From Thermoplasmatota archaeon (GTDB lineage: Archaea > Thermoplasmatota > Thermoplasmata > UBA10834), in contig JBFMHR010000001.1 of NCBI GenBank assembly GCA_040751795.1, positions 1-64,000 of the forward strand: a stretch of DNA of 64,000 nt, written 5' to 3'. The translations under genes and the position numbers were made by a program. Below are positions 47,740 through 57,532 of this stretch, one piece after another (positions within the stretch are counted from its first letter, which is position 1; every line of letters begins with the position of its first letter). The notes under the pieces were generated by a model, which saw only the letters and a list, made by a program, of their open reading frames with translations, had not been told where the DNA came from and ran no database searches.

Positions 47740-50700
47740 ATGGGTCGGATGACTGAGCTGGCTGCGCCACGGGAAGTCAGGGGCTCTGAGGCGATCATGG
47801 TAGCCCGCAATTACGACCGGAGGACCAGGGAATCACTCTCGCGGGCATCGACACTGCGCCGGATGCCGCCGCCCCGACTCGCTGCGGCCGTCGCCGCGGC
47901 CTTTGTATCCGTTGCCCTCGCGACCATGGGCCTCTTGGCCTGCGTTGTCCCTTCGAGCCCGGATGCCCCCGCTGGAATAGCGGCCATATCGAACGAGACG
48001 CTGGACGGCGAGAACGATGCGGGGCAGTTCACATCCATTGCCATCGGCGATGATGATGACGTGCACATCAGCTACATCTATGAGACCACGGCCGATCTCA
48101 GATACGCGACCAACGACGGAGGTGCGTGGAGCACTGAGACGGTCGATTCGGTCACCGACGCTTCCGGCTACACTTCGATGGCGATCGACTCTGAAGGCAA
48201 GGTCCACATCGCCTACTTCGACTTCACCAACATGCTGTTGATGTACGCAACGGACACGGGGGGCTCCTGGACAACCGACATGGTCGACGGCAGCGGCGAC
48301 GTCTCCGGATTCATCTCCCTAGCTGTCGACCTCAACGACAAGGTGCACATCAGCTACTACGACTCCGCCGATGACGACCTCATGTACGCCACGAACGCAG
48401 GCGGCTCCTGGGACATCAGTGCGATTGACAGCGGCGACAACGTCGGAGGCCACAGCTCGATAACCGTCGACTCCCATGGCGGCATACACATAAGCTACTG
48501 TGACTACACGGACACCGCCCTCAAGTATGCCACCAATGCGACCGGGTCGTGGACCACAAGCACGATTGACAGCGAAGGGACCGTCGGGTACTTCACATCC
48601 ATCGCTGTCGATTCGTCCGATCACGTCCACATAAGCTACCATGACGACACGAACGGTGCCGTCAAGTATGCCACGAACTCGGGGGGTTCATGGGCATGCG
48701 AGGCGGTCGACGGCGAATCGGGGATTGGCGACATCACATCCATCTCGATCGACGCTGAAGACCATGTGCACATCAGCTACTGCGACCGGATCGACGTGGA
48801 CCTCATGTACGCCACCAACGCATACGGCACCTGGTCCATTCAGACGGTCGACAGCACAGGTGATGTCGGAAGCTACTCATCCATAGCGGTCAACTCCACG
48901 GGCGTGGCCCACATCAGCTATTACGATTCGACGAACCACGACCTCAAGTACGCCACGGTCGCCCCATGCGTCATCCATGGCTGGGTGAACGACTCGGAGA
49001 CGATGCAGGGGATCGAGGGCGCCCAGGTCATGGCGTTCCTGACAGACTTCGAGTTCTCTCCATATCTCGACCCCATAATGGCGCAGACCACGGCAAACGA
49101 GACCGGATACTACGAACTGACCCTGCCCGGCGGCGCCACTGCGCTCATGTGCGGAGCCTCCGGACACTATAGTTACACCGTTGAGTTCAACACGACGGAG
49201 CTGACCGAATACCGGCTCGACATCATTCTGGACCCCGAGCCCACTGTGCCGACCGCGGACATGAGCCTGGACCCGGTCTCTGACGTGTCGTCCCACAACC
49301 CGCTCACGGTCAGTGTGGAGTGCGAGGACTTCAACATCTATATGGTCTTCATCTACATCGGCAGGATCCAAGAGCTGTCTGGTGACTACGTCGACTTCCA
49401 TCCCGTCGCTGGCGCTGCGGCGGTGCCCATGTGGGATACTGGCACGGACGACTTCCTCTATACCTACGAGAACGACGTCTTCGAGGGGACATACACGTGG
49501 ACGGCGAGCGCGGAGGCAGGCTATCTGACGAACGACACCGCATCGGAGTATATCGACATATGGTCGCACAGGTCCATCGATGGCGTCGAATCCTACGGTA
49601 TCGCGGGATACTACTCGAACGAGACGCTCGAGGGGGAGGTCGGCAGGGCATGGTTCGACCTCCTGACGGGGGAGTACCTCGGCTTCGAGTTCGGGGAGTC
49701 ACTGCTCCACGAGCCCTCCACCCTGCCACCCGCCCCCGCCGACGACCACACGGGCATGCTCACCCCGTTCTCATTGACCTACAGGATAGCCACGGACTGG
49801 ATGGGGACGGGAAACCCCCCGCCGGCGGACTTCCTCAGCTACGAAGAACAGCTCTTCGAGGAGAGACCCACCATGGGGCTCACGCTCCGGATGACCTACA
49901 TCGCCCCGAGCGGGGACTACGTCGCGCTCATGATAGTCATGGACGAGGCCGCCAACTACAACGGCTCCGTGGAGCTCTTCTCCGTCGACACGGATGCGCC
50001 CTCGGCGGACTGCGGGTCCGACCGGACGGTCTCATGCGGGGACGAGGTCACCCTGGACGGGAGCGCGTCATCCGATAATGTCGGCATAGCGTCCTATCAG
50101 TGGGACCTGGTCGATGGCGAGGCCGTGACGCTGACCGGCGCCGAGGCTGCGCACACCTTCGAGCTTCCGGGGACGTATGCGGTCACGCTCACCGTCTACG
50201 ACGGTGCGGGCAACAGCGGCACCGACACGATGACCGTGACCGTCGTTGACGATGAGGCCCCGGTCGCCGACGCGGGCGAGGCCCCGACGGACGTGGAGGC
50301 GGGCGAGACCGTCACATTCAACGCCTCGGGCTCCTCCGACAATGTCGGGATAGTCAACTTCACATGGGAGCTCACGGACGCCGCGGACGTCGTCCTGTAC
50401 GGGGAATCGGCGGACTACGCGTTCAGCGACGCCGGGGAGTTCCTCGTGACCCTCACGGTCAGGGACGCGGCGGGGAACAGCGACACCGACACGCTCACCG
50501 TCTCGGTGAGCGAGGCGCCTGTCAACGACCCGCCGGTGGCAGATGCCGGGGACGACGAGACCATCGGCCCCGGCTCCGTGTACACGTTCGACGGGACAGG
50601 CTCTTCGGCCGATGTCGTGAACCACACCTGGACATTCGCCTACGATGGGGAGGAGAGGGAGCTCTACGGGGAGACGCCGTCATGGACGTTCGACATCGCC

Positions 50701-50904
50701 GGAGAGTACACGGTGACGCTCACCGTGACGGACGACCTCGGGGCCACCGATGCCGACACCGTCCTGATCACGGTCGAGGAGGAAGGGTCCCAACTGGCCC
50801 TGCTCGTCGCTGCGGGGGCGGTCGCGGCCGTGGCGGCCGTCGGGGCGGCCCTCCTGCTCCTCAGGAAGCGCAAGGGTTCGGGCGGACCTCCGCCCCAGGG
50901 TTGA
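47740..50904 (+). CDS. Large acidic surface protein: 7-repeat beta-propeller, 3 PKD domains, C-terminal TM anchor
   Basis: Seven SIAxDxxxxVHISY repeats; APSADCG/APVADAG/PPVADAG PKD starts; TM followed by RKRK; start uncertain. Confidence 0.85.
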   Translation: MGRMTELAAPREVRGSEAIMVARNYDRRTRESLSRASTLRRMPPPRLAAAVAAAFVSVALATMGLLACVVPSSPDAPAGIAAISNETLDGENDAGQFTSIAIGDDDDVHISYIYETTADLRYATNDGGAWSTETVDSVTDASGYTSMAIDSEGKVHIAYFDFTNMLLMYATDTGGSWTTDMVDGSGDVSGFISLAVDLNDKVHISYYDSADDDLMYATNAGGSWDISAIDSGDNVGGHSSITVDSHGGIHISYCDYTDTALKYATNATGSWTTSTIDSEGTVGYFTSIAVDSSDHVHISYHDDTNGAVKYATNSGGSWACEAVDGESGIGDITSISIDAEDHVHISYCDRIDVDLMYATNAYGTWSIQTVDSTGDVGSYSSIAVNSTGVAHISYYDSTNHDLKYATVAPCVIHGWVNDSETMQGIEGAQVMAFLTDFEFSPYLDPIMAQTTANETGYYELTLPGGATALMCGASGHYSYTVEFNTTELTEYRLDIILDPEPTVPTADMSLDPVSDVSSHNPLTVSVECEDFNIYMVFIYIGRIQELSGDYVDFHPVAGAAAVPMWDTGTDDFLYTYENDVFEGTYTWTASAEAGYLTNDTASEYIDIWSHRSIDGVESYGIAGYYSNETLEGEVGRAWFDLLTGEYLGFEFGESLLHEPSTLPPAPADDHTGMLTPFSLTYRIATDWMGTGNPPPADFLSYEEQLFEERPTMGLTLRMTYIAPSGDYVALMIVMDEAANYNGSVELFSVDTDAPSADCGSDRTVSCGDEVTLDGSASSDNVGIASYQWDLVDGEAVTLTGAEAAHTFELPGTYAVTLTVYDGAGNSGTDTMTVTVVDDEAPVADAGEAPTDVEAGETVTFNASGSSDNVGIVNFTWELTDAADVVLYGESADYAFSDAGEFLVTLTVRDAAGNSDTDTLTVSVSEAPVNDPPVADAGDDETIGPGSVYTFDGTGSSADVVNHTWTFAYDGEERELYGETPSWTFDIAGEYTVTLTVTDDLGATDADTVLITVEEEGSQLALLVAAGAVAAVAAVGAALLLLRKRKGSGGPPPQG

Positions 50905-50955
50905 CCCGGACTCACCCGCGGATGACGGGAGCGGTGCATACATTGAACCGCCCGC

Positions 50956-51372
50956 ATGGCATCCCAGTCGCCAGACATGAAGCGCAGGGAACGACCCCGC
51001 GAGGCTGAAGGGGCCGAGTTCGTAGGATGCTGCGGCGCATACTGCAGGACCTGCCGGTCCTTCGTCCTGGGCGACTGCAAGGGCTGCAGGCTCGGCTACG
51101 ATGAGGGAGAGAGGGACATATCGAGGGCCAGGTGCAGGGTCAAGGTCTGCTGCATCAGGGACAAGGGGCTGGGGACCTGCGCCGACTGCCCGGAGTTCGA
51201 CCGGTGCGGCACCCTCGCGGCCTTCCACGGCAAGAAGTGGAAGGAGTACGGCAGGTACAGGGAATCGCTGGAGTTCATCCGCAGGGAGGGGTACCCTGCA
51301 TTCATCGAGACGAGCAAGGGGTGGGAGCGCGGCTACGGGGACCTCGGCCCTCCCCGTCGAAAGAGGGCGTAG
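50956..51372 (+). CDS. DUF3795-like Cys-rich protein
   Basis: CGAYCRTC...CKGC...CRVKVCC...TCADCPEF. Confidence 0.78.
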   Translation: MASQSPDMKRRERPREAEGAEFVGCCGAYCRTCRSFVLGDCKGCRLGYDEGERDISRARCRVKVCCIRDKGLGTCADCPEFDRCGTLAAFHGKKWKEYGRYRESLEFIRREGYPAFIETSKGWERGYGDLGPPRRKRA

Positions 51373-51457
51373 ACATCGAGGGCGGGAGCGCGCGCGAACC
51401 CATCCCCCATCCCGGTCTGAGATACGAGAATGGCGCGTCGGGCGTCCTTGGAATGGG

Positions 51458-51967
51458 TCATCGCAGGAAGGTGCGGTCCAGCTCGTCCAGGCCGACGGTG
51501 TCGCAGATGTCCTCGGCGAACCCCACGTGCTCCTCCTTGTGCGAGGCGATCCCGCCCTTGAGCACGAACGGCCGGATCTCCCAGTCGAAGGCGCTCCAGT
51601 AGGTGCCGAGGACGCACCCGCTGGCGCTCAGGCCCACTATCACGAGGGAATCGCATCCGAGCTTCTTCAGGAGCGCCCCGAACTCCGGGTTCCCGAAGGC
51701 GCTCGCATGGCGCTTGGTGGCCTTCAGGTCCTCCTTGAGGACGTGGACCGACTCCGGGACCTCGTAGCGCCAGGTGCCGGGGACGAGGCCCTCGCCCGGG
51801 TCCTCCGTGTAGCCGACGACCACCGGCAGCCGGTTCTTCCTGAACCACGCGATCGCCGCGTTGACCACGTCCAGGCGGCTCTCGACCGAGCGCCTCAGGT
51901 CCGGGTTGCTGTCAGCCTCATATAGCCAGATGTTCTGGATGTCCTGGACGAGGAGTGCGGGCTTCAT
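51458..51967 (-). CDS. Cysteine hydrolase (isochorismatase family)
   Basis: ALLVQDIQN, KRHASAF, GLSASGCV. Confidence 0.87.
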   Translation of the reverse strand: MKPALLVQDIQNIWLYEADSNPDLRRSVESRLDVVNAAIAWFRKNRLPVVVGYTEDPGEGLVPGTWRYEVPESVHVLKEDLKATKRHASAFGNPEFGALLKKLGCDSLVIVGLSASGCVLGTYWSAFDWEIRPFVLKGGIASHKEEHVGFAEDICDTVGLDELDRTFLR

Positions 51968-52097
51968 GGTGAACGTCCCGGGCAATCGCACGACTCTTTA
52001 ATAGCAGTTCCCCTCTCGCGTCCCGCGTCTTGCCGCAGGGCAACAGCCTTAAGTCGATGCATGCCCCTGACACATACCCGGTACAAGAAGAGAGGAG

Positions 52098-52544
52098 ATG
52101 ACGATGGGTGTAGTTGTAGCGTACGACTCGGTCTTCGGGAACACTGAGAAGATCGCAATGGCCATCGGCGGTGCGCTCCCTCCAGACACGAGGGTCGCCA
52201 AGGCGGACCTTGTGGACGCGTCCGCGCTCGCGCAGGCCACGGTCCTCGTGATCGGCTCGCCGACACACGGGGGCAGGCCGACGGAGTCGGTCAAGGGCCT
52301 CCTCGGGAGGATCACCGAGGGCAGGGCCAAGGGCCTGAAGGTCGCGGCCTTCGACACTAGGATACCCGGCAAGTTCCCCAAGATATTCGGCTACGCGGCC
52401 GACAGGATCGCCGCGGACCTGACGGCGAAGGGCGCCGTGCTGCTGGTCCCTCCTGAGCCGTTCTACGTGAAGGGGAGGAACGGCCCCCTGAAGGACGGGG
52501 AGCTGGAGCACGCCGCACAGTGGGCGAAGAAGCTCAGCCAGTAG
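52098..52544 (+). CDS. Flavodoxin family protein
   Basis: YDSVFGNTEKIA, GSPTHG, AAFDTR. Confidence 0.9.
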   Translation: MTMGVVVAYDSVFGNTEKIAMAIGGALPPDTRVAKADLVDASALAQATVLVIGSPTHGGRPTESVKGLLGRITEGRAKGLKVAAFDTRIPGKFPKIFGYAADRIAADLTAKGAVLLVPPEPFYVKGRNGPLKDGELEHAAQWAKKLSQ

Positions 52545-52553
52545 ACGCTGGGG

Positions 52554-52928
52554 CTAAGGACGGCGCGCCTCTGACCTGATGGTCTCGATGAGCATGTGCA
52601 GACGCCTACCCTTGTCCTCGAGCTCCGAGCGGGTGACCGTCGCAGCCTCGGGGCAGGCCTCGTCGACCACCACCGTCCCGTCCTCCGACAGGTTGACGGG
52701 GTAGATCACGCATCCCAGCGGCCTGCGCGCGTATTCACTGCAGCGGCCTCTGTCCGCGTCGAAGAAGAAGCAGTGCCCGTCCCTGTTCCTCAGCCGCCTG
52801 ACCCCGTCCTGGCCCCTCTCAGCGAATTCGTCCGATTGGTGGCCCGCCCTCTCGAGCCTCCGGACGTCCGCGTCGCAGAGCTCCATGTGCGTGTCCCTAC
52901 AACACTCGCCGCAGCGGCCGCACCGCAT
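52554..52928 (-). CDS. YkgJ-family Cys-cluster protein
   Basis: CGRCGECC...CFFF...CSEYARRPLGCVIYP. Confidence 0.88.
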   Translation of the reverse strand: MRCGRCGECCRDTHMELCDADVRRLERAGHQSDEFAERGQDGVRRLRNRDGHCFFFDADRGRCSEYARRPLGCVIYPVNLSEDGTVVVDEACPEAATVTRSELEDKGRRLHMLIETIRSEARRP

Positions 52929-53100
52929 GGGAGGGCTGAGGAGGGGGCATGTAGTTAAAGCTTGGGCGCTGCAGCGTCCGACGACGCTGTCAGACAGTGG
53001 ACCTCGCGCACGCGCGCCCGGACGCCATATGGGCGGTCATCGAGGTGCCCTCGGCCTGGGAAGTGAAATCAACGTGGCGGCCCATGTCGATGTCGAGCCC

Positions 53101-53304
53101 ATGACCCGGATAGGAGAGACCCTGTCGACGGCCATAGCCCTGTCCGCGGGGACTGCGGACCTGGTCATAGTCACTCTGCTCGTGGCGTGGGCTCTAGAGG
53201 AGACGATATACTTCTCGCTCTTCGTGGGCATCCCCGTCGGGATGGCGTCCGGGGCGCTAACATTCGTCCTTCTGAGGAGGTTCCTGAGGGAGTGGTCGGA
53301 CTAG
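53101..53304 (+). CDS. Small 2-TM membrane protein
   Basis: Hydrophobic ORF, YFSLFVGIPVG. Confidence 0.55.
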   Translation: MTRIGETLSTAIALSAGTADLVIVTLLVAWALEETIYFSLFVGIPVGMASGALTFVLLRRFLREWSD

Positions 53305-53306
53305 GC

Positions 53307-54260
53307 TCAGCGGAGCCTCTTCTCGAACCACATGCTCTCCCTGTCCTTCACGAAGCCCGTGGAGAGGTACATGTCCAGTGCATTCTCGTTCTTGGCGTAG
53401 ACGCCGATGAACGTGGTGTCCATGCCCCGCTCGAGGACCCACTTCATCCCGTCCAGGAGCAGGAACCTGCCTATGCCCCTCCTCCTGTGGGGAGGCCTGA
53501 CGCCGAGGATGTTGATCCAGCCCCACTTCGTCCCGTTCTCCTGGTTGTACAGCCTGTCCTCGTGGGAGAGGCAAAGCCCGACTATCTCCTCGCCGTCCAT
53601 CGCCAGCGAGAAGCACTCCGGGTCCTCGCTGGAGTCCCTGTACTTTATGAACATCTCGGGCCTCTCAGGGGCGAAGTTGTAGTGGTCCTGGAAGGTGTCG
53701 TTGAACGCCTCTACTATTCGGGTCATCTCCTCGTCGCCGCACTCCTTGTACGGCCTCCTGACGAGCCTGATGCCGTCCGGGACGGCAGCCTCTGGGAGTC
53801 CGATGCGACCTTTGCGGACCAGGAAGAAGACCCGGTACGACTCGGCGAAGCCCTCGCGTGAGAGGAGGTCGAGCCGCCACTTCTCGGGTTCGACCACCCT
53901 CGTTCTGAGCTTGCCCACCCCCCTCGCCCTGACGTAGTCTGACGCGAGCGAAGCGAGGGTCTCCCCTATCCCTACACCCCTTGCATCGGGCACGATGTCC
54001 AATTCGAAGTAGGCGTCGTCCAGCCCCGCAGTGAGCCGGTTCTGCTCGACCAGGGCCCTGGCCCAGGCGACCGGCCTCCCATCGCTCCTGACGAGCCAGC
54101 TCCCCTCCGGGCGGAACTCCGAGTCGCCGAAGGTGAAAGCCGTCATCTCCTCCACCGTGGGAGCCCTCTCGAAAGGCAGCTCCGCCTTGGAGAGCCTGAC
54201 GACCTCCACGACATCGCGGATGCTGCCCTTGGTCAGCGGCTCCATGGTGAGCTCAGGCAT
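53307..54260 (-). CDS. Tandem GNAT acetyltransferase
   Basis: PDARGVGIG and PPHRRRGIG acetyl-CoA motifs; NENALDMYLSTGF. Confidence 0.88.
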   Translation of the reverse strand: MPELTMEPLTKGSIRDVVEVVRLSKAELPFERAPTVEEMTAFTFGDSEFRPEGSWLVRSDGRPVAWARALVEQNRLTAGLDDAYFELDIVPDARGVGIGETLASLASDYVRARGVGKLRTRVVEPEKWRLDLLSREGFAESYRVFFLVRKGRIGLPEAAVPDGIRLVRRPYKECGDEEMTRIVEAFNDTFQDHYNFAPERPEMFIKYRDSSEDPECFSLAMDGEEIVGLCLSHEDRLYNQENGTKWGWINILGVRPPHRRRGIGRFLLLDGMKWVLERGMDTTFIGVYAKNENALDMYLSTGFVKDRESMWFEKRLR

Positions 54261-54350
54261 GGGACGGTCGTATGGACGACGGCGACATAACCCTTTCTGC
54301 CCGCCGTCCCTTCGCAACTTTTATCACGGACCTCATTCGTGCTGGACAGC

Positions 54351-54692
54351 ATGAAGAAGGTCAGCCGCAAGGACGTAAAGGGAATATCGATGGAGGGCAC
54401 CAAGGGGGTCGACTTCAGGCCGCTGCTGGCCGAGAACGTGGACCCGCCCAACTACTACCTGAGGGTGTTCGACATCTCCCCGGGCGGCTACACCCCCCTG
54501 CACAGGCACCCGTGGGAGCACGAGGTCTTCGTCGTCAGCGGCAAGGGCAAGATCGTCCTCGACGGGCGCGAGGAACCCCTGGCGGAGGCGGACGCCGTCT
54601 TCGTGGAGCCGGACGAGCTGCACCAGTTCGCCAACGACGGCCCGGCGATGATGAGGATGATCTGCGTCATCCCCAAGCCGAGGAAGCCTTAG
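54351..54692 (+). CDS. Cupin domain protein
   Basis: PGGYTPLHRHPWEHEVFV...HQFAN. Confidence 0.9.
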   Translation: MKKVSRKDVKGISMEGTKGVDFRPLLAENVDPPNYYLRVFDISPGGYTPLHRHPWEHEVFVVSGKGKIVLDGREEPLAEADAVFVEPDELHQFANDGPAMMRMICVIPKPRKP

Positions 54693-54698
54693 ACCCCC

Positions 54699-56051
54699 TC
54701 AGCCGACGAGCGCGTCCACGCACTCGCCGAAGGCCTCCGTGTGCCTGTCGACGTCCTTCCTGGTGGTCGACGGAGCTATCAGCGCCATGTTGTGGAATGG
54801 CGTCATGAGTATGCCCCTGTTGAGCAGCATCAGGTGGAGGAGCTTCTCGAGCTCCGAGTCCCTCGCCTCCTCCGCCTCGGTCCCGTTCCTCGGGGCCGTG
54901 GGGCAGAAGTGGTACTCTATGCGCACGCCGAGCCTCGCGACGTGCCACGGGACCCCGCTATCGTCTATGACGTCCTGGACCCCCTTCTCGAAACGCTCCG
55001 CGAGGGGCATCATCTTCTTGAACGCCTGCTTCGTGATGACCTTCTCCAGGGTGGCCCTCATCGCCGCGAGCGCAAGGGCGTTGCCCGTCAGCGTCCCCCC
55101 GAGGCCGCTCTCGTCGGTGCCCTCGTCGAGTATCCTCTTCATGACCCTGTCCGAGACGTACTGGCTCATGCCGAACGCGGCGACCGGGACCCCGCTCGCG
55201 AGGGGCTTGCCCATGGTGACCATGTCGGGCTTGAGCCCGTGCGCGCCCGTGTAGCCTCCGACCCCGCTGCTTATCGTGTGCGTCTCGTCGATGATGAGGA
55301 GCGTGTCCGTGTCCCTGGTCATCTCCCTGACAGCCTCGTGGTAGCCAGGGTCGGGGAGGACTATGCCCCGGTTGGTCATCGCAGGCTCGATCAGGACGCA
55401 TGCCACGTCCTTCGGAGCGAGAGCGCGCTTCATCGCTGGCAGGTCATTGAACTCCACGACCTTCGTCGTCAGGGTCGGGTCGACCGGCGGCCCTATGTTC
55501 CCCTCCCTGGGGAGCACCTTCCCGCCCTCGAGCCTTATCAGCGTCTCGTCGACGGTGCCGTGGTAGCACCCGTGGACGACCAGGACGTACTGCCTCTTGG
55601 TGACCTCCCTCGCCAGCCTTATCGAGAACCTGTTGGCGTCGGTGGCGGTCATCGCGACCTGCCAGTAGGGGAGCCCGAACCGCCTCGACATCTCCTCGCC
55701 GACCCACACGGAGTCCTCGTTCGGGAGCATCATGGTGATGCCCCTGGAGACCTGCCTCCTCACCGCGTCGACGACCGGCTGGGGGGAGTGCCCGAACATG
55801 GAGCCGGTGTCCCCCAGGCACAGGTCCAGGTACCTGTTCCCGTCCACATCGTTGATGTACGAGCCCTTGGCGTCGGTGACGAAGACGGGGTACGGCCCCG
55901 CCCACCTGACCATCCAGTTCATGGGGACGCCCGCCAGGAGCGAGCGCTTGGCCCTCTCGAAGAGCCTCTTCGACTTCCTGTGCTCCCTGAGGAACCGGGC
56001 GGTCTCCTCCTCCTTCAGCGCCTTGACCCGACTGCGTTCGATCCTTGCCAT
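54699..56051 (-). CDS. Class III PLP aminotransferase (GSA-AM-like subfamily)
   Basis: DVDGNRYLD, CYHG, LIIDETHT, MGKPLASG; true start is MARIERS. Confidence 0.9.
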   Translation of the reverse strand: MARIERSRVKALKEEETARFLREHRKSKRLFERAKRSLLAGVPMNWMVRWAGPYPVFVTDAKGSYINDVDGNRYLDLCLGDTGSMFGHSPQPVVDAVRRQVSRGITMMLPNEDSVWVGEEMSRRFGLPYWQVAMTATDANRFSIRLAREVTKRQYVLVVHGCYHGTVDETLIRLEGGKVLPREGNIGPPVDPTLTTKVVEFNDLPAMKRALAPKDVACVLIEPAMTNRGIVLPDPGYHEAVREMTRDTDTLLIIDETHTISSGVGGYTGAHGLKPDMVTMGKPLASGVPVAAFGMSQYVSDRVMKRILDEGTDESGLGGTLTGNALALAAMRATLEKVITKQAFKKMMPLAERFEKGVQDVIDDSGVPWHVARLGVRIEYHFCPTAPRNGTEAEEARDSELEKLLHLMLLNRGILMTPFHNMALIAPSTTRKDVDRHTEAFGECVDALVG

Positions 56052-56161
56052 GGCGTGCACCTCTCCTTCCAAGCAGCCCCGGAATCGCGCAGGCCGGTTA
56101 TAACACCTGTCCCGACCGGCTCCTGGCGCCCATCGGAGGGCCCGCGTGCACGGCCCGCCGC

Positions 56162-57229
56162 CTAGCGGTCCTGGTCCGCGAGCCCCAGGAGCTTCCTGAG
56201 GAGCGGCCCGTAGTGCCCGTCCCTCAGCTCCTTGGCCGCCGCCGTGGAGACGAGGGATATCTGGGGGTCTCCGCGGAGGACGTCCGCGTCGACCAGGGGC
56301 TTCATCATCCGCTGCATCTCCGAGAGGTAGTCCTTGTAGTCCCTGAACATGTAGGTGGCGTGGGCCTCCGACTCCCTCTCGAGCGTGTACCAGGACTGCC
56401 TGATCCAGTCCCCCTCGGAGAGCTCGCGCCTCACCTCGGGGTCCCCATCTGGCCTGAACCTCAGGTGCACGTAGGCGATCAGGTCGATGTTCCAGAGCAC
56501 CAGGGGGATTATGCAGACGCGCCTGAACATCCCCTTCCTCACGAGCCTCTTGCGGACGTTGGTCACGGTCTGCCTCGAACGGCCCATGAGCTGGGCGATC
56601 TGGGCGTCCGTCGCGTGCGGGTACTCGACGAGGTTCACGAGCGTGCGCTTCTCCACGAGCGAGAGCTCCGCCTGCTCGACCTCGAAGGCCTCGGGCATGC
56701 TGGGCTCTGGAGGGGGCACGTCGATCCCGAATATCCTGTGCAGCGGGGGCGCGAAGTTGTAGGTGTAGCACATCCTCGATACGCCGAGCGGGAAGAACGC
56801 GGGCCTGAGGTCGGCCCTCTCCGCGTGCCTCACGCCCGAGAAGAGCCGCTCGTACCTGTCGAGGGCCAGCAGGTAGTCCGAGAACCTCCTGAACACCCCG
56901 CTCATCATTATGAACCCCTCCCCGGAGGCGCTGTCGAAGAACTCGGGGGTCTGGTCGAGGAACCGGAGGTGGGCCGAGTCCTTGACGTCCTTCGGGACGG
57001 CGGGGTTGGTCGAACCGTACAGCTGCACGAAGAGCGTGCACCCCAGCTTGTGGAAGCTCGGCACGTTCGAGAAGTAGATGTGCCTGGAGTCCATCAGCCT
57101 CCTCCTGATGGAGGAGACGGTGCTCTCCTTCATCCCGGACCGGCGGGCGAGCGCCGCGTCCGTGAGGGTCGCGTCCCTCATGAGGTGGTATATGACGAGC
57201 ATCTCCGACTCGCGCAGCGGTCGTTCCAT
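56162..57229 (-). CDS. Tandem HTH (Lrp/AsnC-like) transcriptional regulator
   Basis: Two HTH units (TDAALARRSGMKESTVSSIRRRL; TDAQIAQLMGRSRQTVTNVRKRL). Confidence 0.8.
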   Translation of the reverse strand: MERPLRESEMLVIYHLMRDATLTDAALARRSGMKESTVSSIRRRLMDSRHIYFSNVPSFHKLGCTLFVQLYGSTNPAVPKDVKDSAHLRFLDQTPEFFDSASGEGFIMMSGVFRRFSDYLLALDRYERLFSGVRHAERADLRPAFFPLGVSRMCYTYNFAPPLHRIFGIDVPPPEPSMPEAFEVEQAELSLVEKRTLVNLVEYPHATDAQIAQLMGRSRQTVTNVRKRLVRKGMFRRVCIIPLVLWNIDLIAYVHLRFRPDGDPEVRRELSEGDWIRQSWYTLERESEAHATYMFRDYKDYLSEMQRMMKPLVDADVLRGDPQISLVSTAAAKELRDGHYGPLLRKLLGLADQDR

Positions 57230-57532
57230 CGGAGCGGTAATGTGTCACCCGCATTGAGAACGTTGCGGAGGAGGGCGGCCCCGCCCCCGGGGGATGGCGC
57301 ATCCGCCGGCACGACGACCACGGGCGCGTTCTGGGGCAAACGACCGGGGGGAGGGCGCTTGCCTATTCGCACGACGTTCGGACTGACCTTGAGAATAGGC
57401 CCCTTAACACACCTATGTTTCCACTGGATTCCGCATGCTGGGCCGTGCGTCCTGCTTAATATACGAACTAATGCGATACACCTCTAGGATTCCGAGAGCG
57501 CTCCTCTCGGCATGTAAGGGGGTACGGAGAGC

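Noticed and set aside
48000-48960. Periodic repeats as a CRISPR array
   Set aside because: They are degenerate in-frame protein repeats (propeller blades); no CRISPR array or cas gene was seen in the window.
54699-57302. 867-aa ORF as a fusion protein
   Set aside because: The N-terminal half is an R/G/P-rich alternative frame over the regulator gene; the real aminotransferase starts at 56051.
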